This document shows positions 17,541-26,327 of a DNA stretch of 55,970 nucleotides, in pieces. The stretch is from a virus (Duplodnaviria > Caudoviricetes): positions 1 to 55,970 of the IMG/VR virus record IMGVR_UViG_3300035125_000018; one strand, 5' to 3'. Numbering within the stretch: position 1 is the stretch's first letter; every line of letters starts with the position of its first letter. The notes under the pieces are model-generated. The model was not told the DNA's origin. It ran no database searches and saw nothing but the letters and a program-made list of their open reading frames with translations. The translations under genes were made by a program, and so were the position numbers.

Positions 17541-18746
17541 TTAAAATCCGGCTGCGCGGAACGGATCATCGGTCACTGGCATATTCGTCCGTTCCATGGC
17601 TCCCGTTACAGGATTGATGTAAAGCTCTCCAGTTCCCGGCCCATAAGAGTACAATCCGAAATTCCTGTCAGCTGTGACGGGAGCTGGAGATCCCGGCGCC
17701 GTATACGAAGCGGCCGCGGTGTACGCTGCATTCGCTTGATCACGAAGGCGAGCTGCCCGAGCCCAATCGGATTCAAGACCTTGGCCGGCGGCCGTTGCCG
17801 CGAACGAAGGACGCGCTGCCATGAGGGGAGTCTGATATCCTGTAAGACCACCGGCCGCTGCTGTTCCGGTAAAGCCTCTTCCGAAAGCCTGCTGCCGTGC
17901 CTGTTCCTGAGCCAGAGCATCACGATACAATTCCATTTCAGTATTGAACTTCCACTGTTCGAACTGACGATTCATGGCGCTGAGCTCGCGCGCCCACTGA
18001 AGCTGTGCGCTTTGCGCTGCAAGCTGCGCGTTGATCCGGGCCTGTTCCTGCCGAAGCCGCTGCTGGCCAAGCGTATAGTCTATGTCCTGGGCGCGCATCT
18101 GGACTGCGGCCTGTAACGCCTGAGCCGGATCCAGAGTCGTTCCTTCGATCAAGGCAGTCTGCAGTCGAGCCGTGGCCCCGAATACATCCATGGTCGGGGG
18201 CATGAGATACCGGGAGATCTGTGCCTGCTGTGCCGCCTGCTGAAAACCAGCCTGAGCCATCTGCAAAGAAGTCATGCCGAGATTCCGGGCCGTGGCAGCG
18301 TGAGTCCCTTGGACCTGCTGTTCGGCCGACACCATCCGAATGTAGTTGGCTACGTCCGGAGGAAGGCCACCACGAAGCATCGCAAGCGTGTTGGCCGAAG
18401 CCTGAGCCATCACAGCCTGATTCTGCGGGAACGCTCTCTCGAGATTCTGGTAGAACTGCGCGGCGACGTAGGGATCAAGAATCTGTGCTTGGGCCAATGC
18501 AAGGTTCGCTGCGTTCTGTGCGGCGAGCTGGATATTCTGCGTATTGAACGCAGGAAGGTTTCCGAGATTGATGTACTGCGCTCCCCCACCTGTAGGCGTC
18601 GTACCTGCCGGAGCCGAAAACATCGTAAGGCCACCACCGAGATTAAGACCACCGATAGCTGTACCACCTCCGGTCGTAATATGAGTCACACCCGGAACAG
18701 GCGTTGACGGTTGTTGAGGTCCACTTGTGGATATTGCTGGCATCAT
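17541..18746 (-). CDS. Internal virion (ejection/DNA transfer) protein, Ala/Gln/Gly-rich
   Basis: Low-complexity A/Q/G composition typical of pilot proteins; position. Confidence 0.6.
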   Translation of the reverse strand: MMPAISTSGPQQPSTPVPGVTHITTGGGTAIGGLNLGGGLTMFSAPAGTTPTGGGAQYINLGNLPAFNTQNIQLAAQNAANLALAQAQILDPYVAAQFYQNLERAFPQNQAVMAQASANTLAMLRGGLPPDVANYIRMVSAEQQVQGTHAATARNLGMTSLQMAQAGFQQAAQQAQISRYLMPPTMDVFGATARLQTALIEGTTLDPAQALQAAVQMRAQDIDYTLGQQRLRQEQARINAQLAAQSAQLQWARELSAMNRQFEQWKFNTEMELYRDALAQEQARQQAFGRGFTGTAAAGGLTGYQTPLMAARPSFAATAAGQGLESDWARAARLRDQANAAYTAAASYTAPGSPAPVTADRNFGLYSYGPGTGELYINPVTGAMERTNMPVTDDPFRAAGF

Positions 18747-19003
18747 TAACTCCTTTGGTTGAAATCGAAGCGCATCATGTTGAAGAAGATCCTGCTCCTG
18801 TTCGCGAGCTCGAAGTGTCTCTGGCTCTGGCGATCGGCCGGACTGAACTCCTGCCCTAGTCCGGATCCTACAGCGATCGGGGAAGTCATTTGGCTTATGA
18901 AAACAGGACGGTCCCGTACTGCCTTCTGCGCGAACTGCAGAAGAGGATTCATCTTCATGATCTTTTCTACACCCTTAAACGGGTTCGATATCTCCGTTAC
19001 CAT
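18746..19003 (-). CDS. Hypothetical virion-module protein
   Basis: Fills the gap with overlapping stop/start; start uncertain. Confidence 0.5.
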   Translation of the reverse strand: MVTEISNPFKGVEKIMKMNPLLQFAQKAVRDRPVFISQMTSPIAVGSGLGQEFSPADRQSQRHFELANRSRIFFNMMRFDFNQRS

Positions 19004-19988
19004 AACCGTGTACCTGTACGTCCTGTATGGCTCGGACGGTTTCGTAGTTGTCGGCGTCCTCGAGAAGAATTGCCTCGGCCTGTTTCTCGAACGCCTGTCC
19101 CTTGTTGAGATCTCCGGAGTCGAAGTAGCGCATGGCCTGAAGCATGGTCTTGAGCGCCGGCAGATTGGAGATCAGGCAGACATCCGAATCCCTGCTCATG
19201 GGGATCACGTTCATCTTCACCAGAGCATTGAGCCTATAGCTTCGATCGCAGACTTCCGAGTAGGCCGAAGTCTTGAACCCGTAACGCCGGTAGCTCGGCC
19301 GCGTTTCGTCGGGATGGTAGATCGCAAGGTGTTCCCTGGTCATAGTATTAGGATCACTTTCCGTGTCGAAGGCCACGGCCGAGAGATAGACATACCCGTT
19401 CGTCACAGGCTTGATGATCGAAGAGATGTGAGAGAACTTGTTGCGGGAGTAGTATCCAACATCCCGCGTTATCGGAACATACTCACCGAAGATCCAGCCA
19501 TCGTCCGTGAGCGTCCGGACCTCGCGGTTGGTTTCGTCGTGGCCGCGAATGAGAATCTGTGCATCAACAACCTCGGCTTCATCGGAGAACACCATGATCC
19601 TCATGGGCTCGGGGATATCGTACTGCGTCGGAACCATATCCCGGTCAACGAGATCCACGTACTGAGAAGAATCGTCCTCGAGCATACCGGGACCAGCTTC
19701 AAGGAACTCGTACCACTTGTCGAAAACGTTGGTGAAGCATCCGTCTACTCGCGCCTTCAGGATCTTCTTGATGTCCCGGCCGACAGTCACGCATCCGTTG
19801 TAGACGCACATCCGGACGCAACGGATCAGTCCCGGCCATCCGGACTTGTTAGCCAGCCGTTCGACAGCTTCGTTGATTCGGAGGACTACTCGATTCGTGC
19901 CGCCGGGACCGCCTGTGTCGTCGGCACACAGACCGCCATCGGCAAAGGGAGCCAGGTGCGGCTTCAGATCTCCAAGAGTGTACTGCAT
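18975..19988 (-). CDS. Head-tail adaptor / tail tubular protein A-like
   Basis: N-terminal TLGDLK...RINEAVERL helix and C-terminal helices as in adaptors; next to the nozzle-like gene. Confidence 0.55.
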   Translation of the reverse strand: MQYTLGDLKPHLAPFADGGLCADDTGGPGGTNRVVLRINEAVERLANKSGWPGLIRCVRMCVYNGCVTVGRDIKKILKARVDGCFTNVFDKWYEFLEAGPGMLEDDSSQYVDLVDRDMVPTQYDIPEPMRIMVFSDEAEVVDAQILIRGHDETNREVRTLTDDGWIFGEYVPITRDVGYYSRNKFSHISSIIKPVTNGYVYLSAVAFDTESDPNTMTREHLAIYHPDETRPSYRRYGFKTSAYSEVCDRSYRLNALVKMNVIPMSRDSDVCLISNLPALKTMLQAMRYFDSGDLNKGQAFEKQAEAILLEDADNYETVRAIQDVQVHGYGNGDIEPV

Positions 19989-19997
19989 GATACTCTC

Positions 19998-21788
19998 CTA
20001 TGCTTCGATGTCGTATGAGAAATTGTCCGGGCCTGTCTCAGTGAACCGGATATCCTCGAGCCCGCACTCGAACTTCTCGACCTCCGTGTTCGCTTCAGCC
20101 GCAATCATAAACTTTGAGATCTGTGCTACGCCAGCCCATTCCACAAGAAACTGGAACTCAAAGCCGGTGTTGATGTTACGCCGACTCACGCGATCACACG
20201 CGCCCTTTGTGAAGGCCGGGAACGGCAGCTTCGCGCGGACCTGAGGCTGCCCTCCATCGGACATATCGGCATTCACGCGAATCGTAGACAGCTCTTGAAA
20301 GTCCACGAAGTTGTCCGGAGCTGCCGAGAGAGCAAACGCGATCGCGTTCTCAAGGTGAACGAGCCAAAGAGAAGCATCGAGAAGAGTCTTGTGCATCTGA
20401 GGAACCGGCCGCGGATACTCCTTGTCATAGGCCATGAACGAGAGCGTCCGAGTATAGAACTTGCACTCGATCGGAATGTTGCCTTTGTCGTTACCGAGCG
20501 TATCCATCAACCTGTAGAGATGATTAAAACCGTTATCGTCCTTCCCAAAAACGAAACACATCTCTTCGTACTGAAAGACTCCCGAGGCGAGTCCCATAGG
20601 ATGAACCCCTGTCCAGATACCGTCATAGGCGGGCTTGAGCGTGGCTCCAAGGGACGCAAGACCGTTGAAGGTAGCAAAGTCCAAGGAGATCAGTCCGGCG
20701 AACCTGTAGTCCTCTGAGGGCTCTCCTGAGCGATCCAGAGCCGTGACCGTTTCCCCGATCGCAGTATACAGGAAACGATCATCGAACTTCGCTCCGTGAG
20801 AGAACTGAATAAGCTGAGGATCCTCGAGATCAAGGAACGGTTTGACCTCAGTATTCAGGTTCGTCATACGATGATGGGTCGCGGCCTCGACCGACAGTAG
20901 CTTGAAATCCTGTATACCATGCCAGCTCCGGAACAGAAGATCCTCGTTCATTCGCACCACACAGTACTCACTGGCACAGCCGTTGCCTCCGGGTTCGATC
21001 CGCATGATCGGCATATCTTGCCAGTTAAGCCGGGGAACGGAAACCTTGTACGAACAGATCCCGCGCTGGCACATGACCATGAGAGGGCCTTCGCCTGTCG
21101 CCTCTCCGAAAGCCTGAGCCCAACTCATAGCCGTGATGTCGCCCATATCGGCCGGCGTGAAGAACGCGCCGCCGCCGGCCAGGTATTCCGTTTCGCTGAA
21201 CTTGAGAACCGCAGTCGGAGTAGCGGGCTGGTTAATGTCGCCAGCGATAAACTCACGTACCCCTGTCTTGACGAACAGGCGGCCGTGACAGTAGGCCATG
21301 ATGGTTCCGGTCGGCACTTCGAGATCCGGAGGCGTCTGGACCGCAGCTCTCGAAGCGGTATCCTCGATGATGAGAGGAACGCTGATTCCGTCCTGTACCA
21401 CCAGATACTTCTCGACTTGGCAGAAGTGAAGCCTGTCCACGTACTGATTGAACAGGCCAGGTCCCGAGCTCATGTCGTAGATCGCGCCCGCGATCGGATC
21501 AATCAGATAGACATAACCGTTCACCCCGAACGCGATGTAGGTCGTATCCTCGTACTGATACGTATACATCCCTTGAAACTTCCCGGTCGTGATATTCTGG
21601 ATGGCGCCGGGGATCCCCGACTCGAGAACAACCTCGATGAACGGAGGCCGTGTTCCGACCACACCGTTTCGACAGGTGATATTCACGCCCATGTGGAATT
21701 GATTCTCTCCAATCAGAGAGGCCAGCGTTCCGGCATTCATGCCTTCTTGCTGAGTTGTCAGTCCATCAAAGACTTTCAGTGAGGGCAT
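19998..21788 (-). CDS. Tail nozzle / stabilisation protein (beta-propeller; P22 gp10 / T7 gp12-like)
   Basis: ~600 aa, beta-rich, N-terminal GMNA...NITCRNGVVGTRPPF typical of podophage nozzle proteins. Confidence 0.65.
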   Translation of the reverse strand: MPSLKVFDGLTTQQEGMNAGTLASLIGENQFHMGVNITCRNGVVGTRPPFIEVVLESGIPGAIQNITTGKFQGMYTYQYEDTTYIAFGVNGYVYLIDPIAGAIYDMSSGPGLFNQYVDRLHFCQVEKYLVVQDGISVPLIIEDTASRAAVQTPPDLEVPTGTIMAYCHGRLFVKTGVREFIAGDINQPATPTAVLKFSETEYLAGGGAFFTPADMGDITAMSWAQAFGEATGEGPLMVMCQRGICSYKVSVPRLNWQDMPIMRIEPGGNGCASEYCVVRMNEDLLFRSWHGIQDFKLLSVEAATHHRMTNLNTEVKPFLDLEDPQLIQFSHGAKFDDRFLYTAIGETVTALDRSGEPSEDYRFAGLISLDFATFNGLASLGATLKPAYDGIWTGVHPMGLASGVFQYEEMCFVFGKDDNGFNHLYRLMDTLGNDKGNIPIECKFYTRTLSFMAYDKEYPRPVPQMHKTLLDASLWLVHLENAIAFALSAAPDNFVDFQELSTIRVNADMSDGGQPQVRAKLPFPAFTKGACDRVSRRNINTGFEFQFLVEWAGVAQISKFMIAAEANTEVEKFECGLEDIRFTETGPDNFSYDIEA

Positions 21789-21789
21789 T

Positions 21790-22593
21790 TTACCAATCCT
21801 TTTCGACAAGTATGTACGTCATGGATGCAGGAACCTTGCTCGACACGATCGTACCCTTACCGCGCATTCGTAGCTCAAGATTAACCGTTCCCTTGTTCAG
21901 CTTCTTCGACATCCAGACAAATCCAACGTTCGATACGTTTTCAGAATCCGTGAAGGCAAGACCATGACTGCCCGTACCTTTGTTGTTGCCGTTCAGAAAC
22001 AAACTGGTCCGGACAGTCTTGGTCGCGTTGGCCTTGCCATAGATCGTAGCCATGACCAGGAGCTTATCGCCTTTCCCGACTTTGACATTCTTGCTAAGAT
22101 CTGCATGGATCGGATCCCAGGATCCTCCGGTGTTGACATTGACATCGGCAGCATCGTATTTCAACCGCTTCCGGCGATTGTCTCCGCGCCGGCCGAGATG
22201 GTCCTTGATCTTCGCGACACGGTTTGAGTACGGAATCTCAGGCGATGTTGAGATCAACGTAGTGAAGAGAGCGCCGTTCGTATCCACGGAGATCACATAG
22301 GCCGTGTCATTCGTCGCGTGAAGGATCAGACCGCGATAGGGATCCTTGGCTTCGATATCGGCTTCGTTGGCAACGATCCTACCGGCCGTGACTATTCCGT
22401 TCGTACCGACAGTCAGGCCGACAACCTCACCTTCGAACGTGTTGAGATCATAAGCGATCGTCCAGCCCTGCAGCTCAACAGTCAACTCCTTGCCTTGTGG
22501 AGACAGGATCTTAATTCGAGTCACAACTCCGGTTTCCATCTGAGCCATGGCCGGCACAGCCAGGAGCATAAAGAGTACGATCAGCTTCTTCAT
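21790..22593 (-). CDS. Signal-peptide-bearing fibre-like protein
   Basis: MKKLIVLFMLLAVPAMA/Q Sec signal; GLILHATNDTAYVISVDTNGAL fibre-like segment; beta-sandwich C-terminus. Confidence 0.7.
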   Translation of the reverse strand: MKKLIVLFMLLAVPAMAQMETGVVTRIKILSPQGKELTVELQGWTIAYDLNTFEGEVVGLTVGTNGIVTAGRIVANEADIEAKDPYRGLILHATNDTAYVISVDTNGALFTTLISTSPEIPYSNRVAKIKDHLGRRGDNRRKRLKYDAADVNVNTGGSWDPIHADLSKNVKVGKGDKLLVMATIYGKANATKTVRTSLFLNGNNKGTGSHGLAFTDSENVSNVGFVWMSKKLNKGTVNLELRMRGKGTIVSSKVPASMTYILVEKDW

Positions 22594-23546
22594 TCAATCA
22601 CTACCTTACAGTCGTTTAACCGGATATCCTTTGCAGGCCCGGTAGGAGTCGCGATTCGGACAAAGAGCTGAACATAATCGTACTGGTTCAATTCGGCTAC
22701 CCACAGCATTGTCATGATAGCAGGATTTCCAGAGTCAATCGTAGAACCCATAGCCGATGCCTGTATCGGTACTCCGTTCGTTCCGAAACTAACCTTGATA
22801 TCCTGATTGCTGCCTGTGTCCGGTTCGACAGATGGGTTTGCATGAAGCGTTAGCTTAACCGGATCTTCTCCCACGTAGACCAATCGGTTCGTCACGAACA
22901 CAGTATTGGTCAGAACATCTCCTTCAGCCCATCCGGATTCCACCAAGTAATCTGTATACTTCGCAGCAATAGGAACAACAACAACATTCGTTAATCGCAT
23001 AGATCCGATCGTTGGATCCGTACTGATCGTTACTACGCCCATGCCGTTCGTTGGATCCACATGGATCCCTGGCCCCGGAAGAATCTGCTGAACCCATCCG
23101 GTAGTCGCATAGTTCGAATACATCGCTACCCACCAGTAGGCTTGATCCCAAAAACTTGTTCTCGACTCCATGTAGTCAAAGGAATTGGAGTTAAACGAAA
23201 CCCACCACCAGGCTTCATTCCATCGGCTCGTCTGATCCTCGAGGAAAGAAACGCGATTGGTCAGATCGTAGAAATCGTTGGAGTACGTCGAAACCCAAAG
23301 GTAAGCATCGTCCCACTCGTTCGAATGGGCCTTCACGTACTCAACGACATTGGAGTTGGCTTCGATCCAGTTCCAAGAATTGGTCGCGTAGAAGTGCGCG
23401 TTCGTCGCGACCACGTAGGCGTTCGAGGCTAGGGTCTGGTTGGTGTAGATGTTGCGGCGGATCCATGGCCACCAGAAGTTGAACTCGTAAGAGTAAGACG
23501 TAGCCGGCAGGACCAGCACAAGAACAAAGAAGATCCACCTACGCAT
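22590..23546 (-). CDS. Signal-peptide-bearing fibre protein with Trp-rich repeats
   Basis: MRRWIFFVLVLVLPATSYS signal; three W[DN]xA[YW]xWV repeats; PGPGIHVDPTNGMGVVTIS fibre motif. Confidence 0.7.
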   Translation of the reverse strand: MRRWIFFVLVLVLPATSYSYEFNFWWPWIRRNIYTNQTLASNAYVVATNAHFYATNSWNWIEANSNVVEYVKAHSNEWDDAYLWVSTYSNDFYDLTNRVSFLEDQTSRWNEAWWWVSFNSNSFDYMESRTSFWDQAYWWVAMYSNYATTGWVQQILPGPGIHVDPTNGMGVVTISTDPTIGSMRLTNVVVVPIAAKYTDYLVESGWAEGDVLTNTVFVTNRLVYVGEDPVKLTLHANPSVEPDTGSNQDIKVSFGTNGVPIQASAMGSTIDSGNPAIMTMLWVAELNQYDYVQLFVRIATPTGPAKDIRLNDCKVVIE

Positions 23547-23563
23547 ATCATTGTCTCTTGCCG

Positions 23564-24040
23564 TTACGGATTTCTGCCGACAGCTTCACCACTAACCGGT
23601 TCCTCAGTGACAGCCTTGCCGCGAATCGTATTCACAGCTTCGGCCACATCACTCAGCTTGCCATGCGCGATCGCAAAGAGAAGAAAGCCAGTCAACAAAA
23701 AGAGAACAACTACTGCCGTGTAGAAAACGTACTTAACCGGAAGGCCGGCGAGTGGCCCTTTCGTGAGTACAGGCTCTTTCCCGTTGGCTTGGATAAGTCC
23801 GTTCATAGTCTCCAGCTCTCCGGTAACATGGCCAACATCTTTCTTGAGGTCACGGATCCCCGCATGATTCAACTGATCCAACTCGATAACGAGTAGCCCG
23901 TTTCTGGTCAACGGGCCTCTGGCTTCATCCCAGGCTGCATCCTCATCCAGAATCTTGCACAAGGATTCTACCGAGGATCGCACTCTGGTCTTGAGCTGTT
24001 CGTCTTGAATTTTCTGCGTCTGCGATCGTGAATCCGTCAT
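23564..24040 (-). CDS. Single-TM membrane protein (holin or anchor candidate)
   Basis: Coiled-coil followed by YVFYTAVVVLFLLTGFLLFAIA TM helix; G-rich RBS before ATG 24040. Confidence 0.55.
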   Translation of the reverse strand: MTDSRSQTQKIQDEQLKTRVRSSVESLCKILDEDAAWDEARGPLTRNGLLVIELDQLNHAGIRDLKKDVGHVTGELETMNGLIQANGKEPVLTKGPLAGLPVKYVFYTAVVVLFLLTGFLLFAIAHGKLSDVAEAVNTIRGKAVTEEPVSGEAVGRNP

Positions 24041-24057
24041 TTCAACCCCCTGGTTCC

Positions 24058-24408
24058 CTATTCGCTTGACAGTCCCCACGACTGGAGAGTGTCTGCAATC
24101 GCAGGGAAATTCGTAAATACCATTTTGAACCTGACTGAATCGTTGACTGAGGTAACGGTCACATCTACAAAGGACTGGCTTGCGCCCTGCTGATCCCAAA
24201 TCGAGGACACCCACCAACTGTTCGTTCCATCGGTCATCACCGCACAGTCATTCGTCGCAAAAGTAATGCCGATCGTTTCGTACCGGTTCGTGACTGTCGC
24301 GAGATGATTCGTTCCGTCATACCTCAAGGCTTGAAGCGCAACGTGAGGATCCGCGGCCACGATACCGGCGATCAGGACTGCTGCGAATATCCAGAGAATC
24401 TTCTTCAT
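24058..24408 (-). CDS. Small secreted protein
   Basis: MKKILWIFAAVLIAGIVAA/D Sec signal. Confidence 0.75.
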   Translation of the reverse strand: MKKILWIFAAVLIAGIVAADPHVALQALRYDGTNHLATVTNRYETIGITFATNDCAVMTDGTNSWWVSSIWDQQGASQSFVDVTVTSVNDSVRFKMVFTNFPAIADTLQSWGLSSE

Positions 24409-24411
24409 TGT

Positions 24412-25953
24412 CTACCTTCTTCCTTGCAAGTATTTCTGTCTAACTTCTTCAGCGTTCCACACATGATTGTCTACCTCTACGGTATCAATGAACCCGGAGT
24501 AACGCGCAGCAGTACTTGTCGGTAGCCACCAATATCCATAACGCGCAGTAGCAGGAACCGTTGTATGCGTAAGAGTTTCGTAATCCATCACCTGCGCCTC
24601 ACCGTCCAAGTATATCTGAACCTTTGATCCTGTTGGCTTCGACAAGTCGAGCGTCCAAACAACATGATGCCACGTTCCTTCGAAAGACTCCGGCCAAACG
24701 TTGGTTGTCGTCGCAGACCACTGAACATCATCCAAGGACCGGAAAACAATACGAAAACTTCCAACAGGCGCAAAAGACTGAGCAAGCCTAAACTCATAGC
24801 CTGTCTGACTGCCGCCGTAACCACCCATGTTCAAAATCGTATTCGAGTAATTAGGAACCTTAACAATATCAGTCGGATTGGCCCACAGAGATACAGTCAA
24901 CTTATCATCCAGGCCGCCGGGGACGTAGCGCCAGAAGTTAAACTTACCAGCGAGCATGAAATCATCCACGGTATCTATGAGAACACATCCATTCCCATTG
25001 TAGTTCGTCCAGAGTGGTTGATAGATCTGGCCGATAGACGACCAGACAGAAGGCATATTGGTTTGCTCCGCCCGATAAAAACCTGCAGCCGTGTTTGTGA
25101 ATCCCCAATGCAAAACGAGATTCGTGGGAAGCGTTCCGTTCGCAACATAGTTCGACCACTGTGCAGTAGACACCAGGCCGGACACACACATGGTTTCACT
25201 GAACCAGAGATTGCTATTGGACTCGTTCCCGACGTCATTAACATTTGGCATGAAGCCGCCCATCGAAAAATGGTAGTTATTATCTGCCGTATCGCTCGCG
25301 GTCACATTCAGATTTTGGTTCCTCAAAATACCATCAACATACACAAAGAAATCGTTGTTCGCGTTATCGAAACTACAGGAGATAAAATGCCACTGTCCGT
25401 CATTGATCGTTGCGCCCGATGCAGTCACGTTGTAAGTGGTAGAAGCAAGACGCAGAGAACCACGATGGTTTGCTTGCGGAAGCGCGTAGGAGTACCAAGC
25501 ACCTACGTTCCCCCAGTAGCCTTTTCCCATGAGGTAAAGTGGTGAGCCATCAATTTTGACCCAAGTACCCCAAGACCAGTCATGTCCAAAGATATCGAGC
25601 TTGGAGTAATCTCCACCATGGATCGCCTGGTCGCCGTAGGTAATACAGTAACTATGCGTAGACGGACGAACCGCCTTGATTACCGGTGGCGCTTTCCCGA
25701 AGAAAGGTGGCGTGAGTCTCAACCTATTCCGTGCATCTCCGGTGAGACTGTTTCCGCTGAGATCCGCGATCGTAGTCGAGGCAAGACCATTCTCGTTGAA
25801 CAGCCATGTAATGGCCGCTTCAGGCGCAACGACTGGTTCGACAACAACCTTACCATCCACCATCACTATCCGGCCATCCTGAACGACAAGCGTTCCGGCA
25901 AAAGAGACAACCAATGTCACGACTACAAAGACGGCGATCAGAAAATACTTCAT
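24412..25953 (-). CDS. Secreted protein with two LamG/concanavalin-like domains
   Basis: Signal MKYFLIAVFVVVTLVVSFA; DLSGN, WVK, DGQWHFIS, YVDG, TVSLWA, TWHHVVWT, IYLDG, GFIDTV LamG motifs. Confidence 0.85.
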   Translation of the reverse strand: MKYFLIAVFVVVTLVVSFAGTLVVQDGRIVMVDGKVVVEPVVAPEAAITWLFNENGLASTTIADLSGNSLTGDARNRLRLTPPFFGKAPPVIKAVRPSTHSYCITYGDQAIHGGDYSKLDIFGHDWSWGTWVKIDGSPLYLMGKGYWGNVGAWYSYALPQANHRGSLRLASTTYNVTASGATINDGQWHFISCSFDNANNDFFVYVDGILRNQNLNVTASDTADNNYHFSMGGFMPNVNDVGNESNSNLWFSETMCVSGLVSTAQWSNYVANGTLPTNLVLHWGFTNTAAGFYRAEQTNMPSVWSSIGQIYQPLWTNYNGNGCVLIDTVDDFMLAGKFNFWRYVPGGLDDKLTVSLWANPTDIVKVPNYSNTILNMGGYGGSQTGYEFRLAQSFAPVGSFRIVFRSLDDVQWSATTTNVWPESFEGTWHHVVWTLDLSKPTGSKVQIYLDGEAQVMDYETLTHTTVPATARYGYWWLPTSTAARYSGFIDTVEVDNHVWNAEEVRQKYLQGRR

Positions 25954-26327
25954 GGCCCCACCTGATAACTGTTCGTGATCGCATCAGAATTCTCTCCGAG
26001 AATCACATTCACGGAAGCGTTTGTCCAAGTCCAGATCTCTCCGTCCGTAACTGTCAACGGAGCATTCGGGCTGTTCGGTTTTGTCCTGTCAATACCTATC
26101 GCCCATCTCACATCATTTGAGTCAGACACAGAAACCATGATAGTCATATTGCTCAATGTGTTTAATGACAAACCACGGATACCTGTGTCACCTTCGACAT
26201 CGGCCACAAAGTTGCTCTGCACTTCGGCAGTCGCATTCGTCTTAACGAACGTAAAGATGAATCGTGGAGTAGCCACGGCCACCGAAGCCATGAAGAAGAA
26301 AGCCAGAATCTTAATAGTTGTTTTCAT
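25950..26327 (-). CDS. Small secreted protein
   Basis: MKTTIKILAFFFMASVAVA/T signal at ATG 26327; the longer ORF in the track is overlap with the upstream gene. Confidence 0.7.
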   Translation of the reverse strand: MKTTIKILAFFFMASVAVATPRFIFTFVKTNATAEVQSNFVADVEGDTGIRGLSLNTLSNMTIMVSVSDSNDVRWAIGIDRTKPNSPNAPLTVTDGEIWTWTNASVNVILGENSDAITNSYQVGP

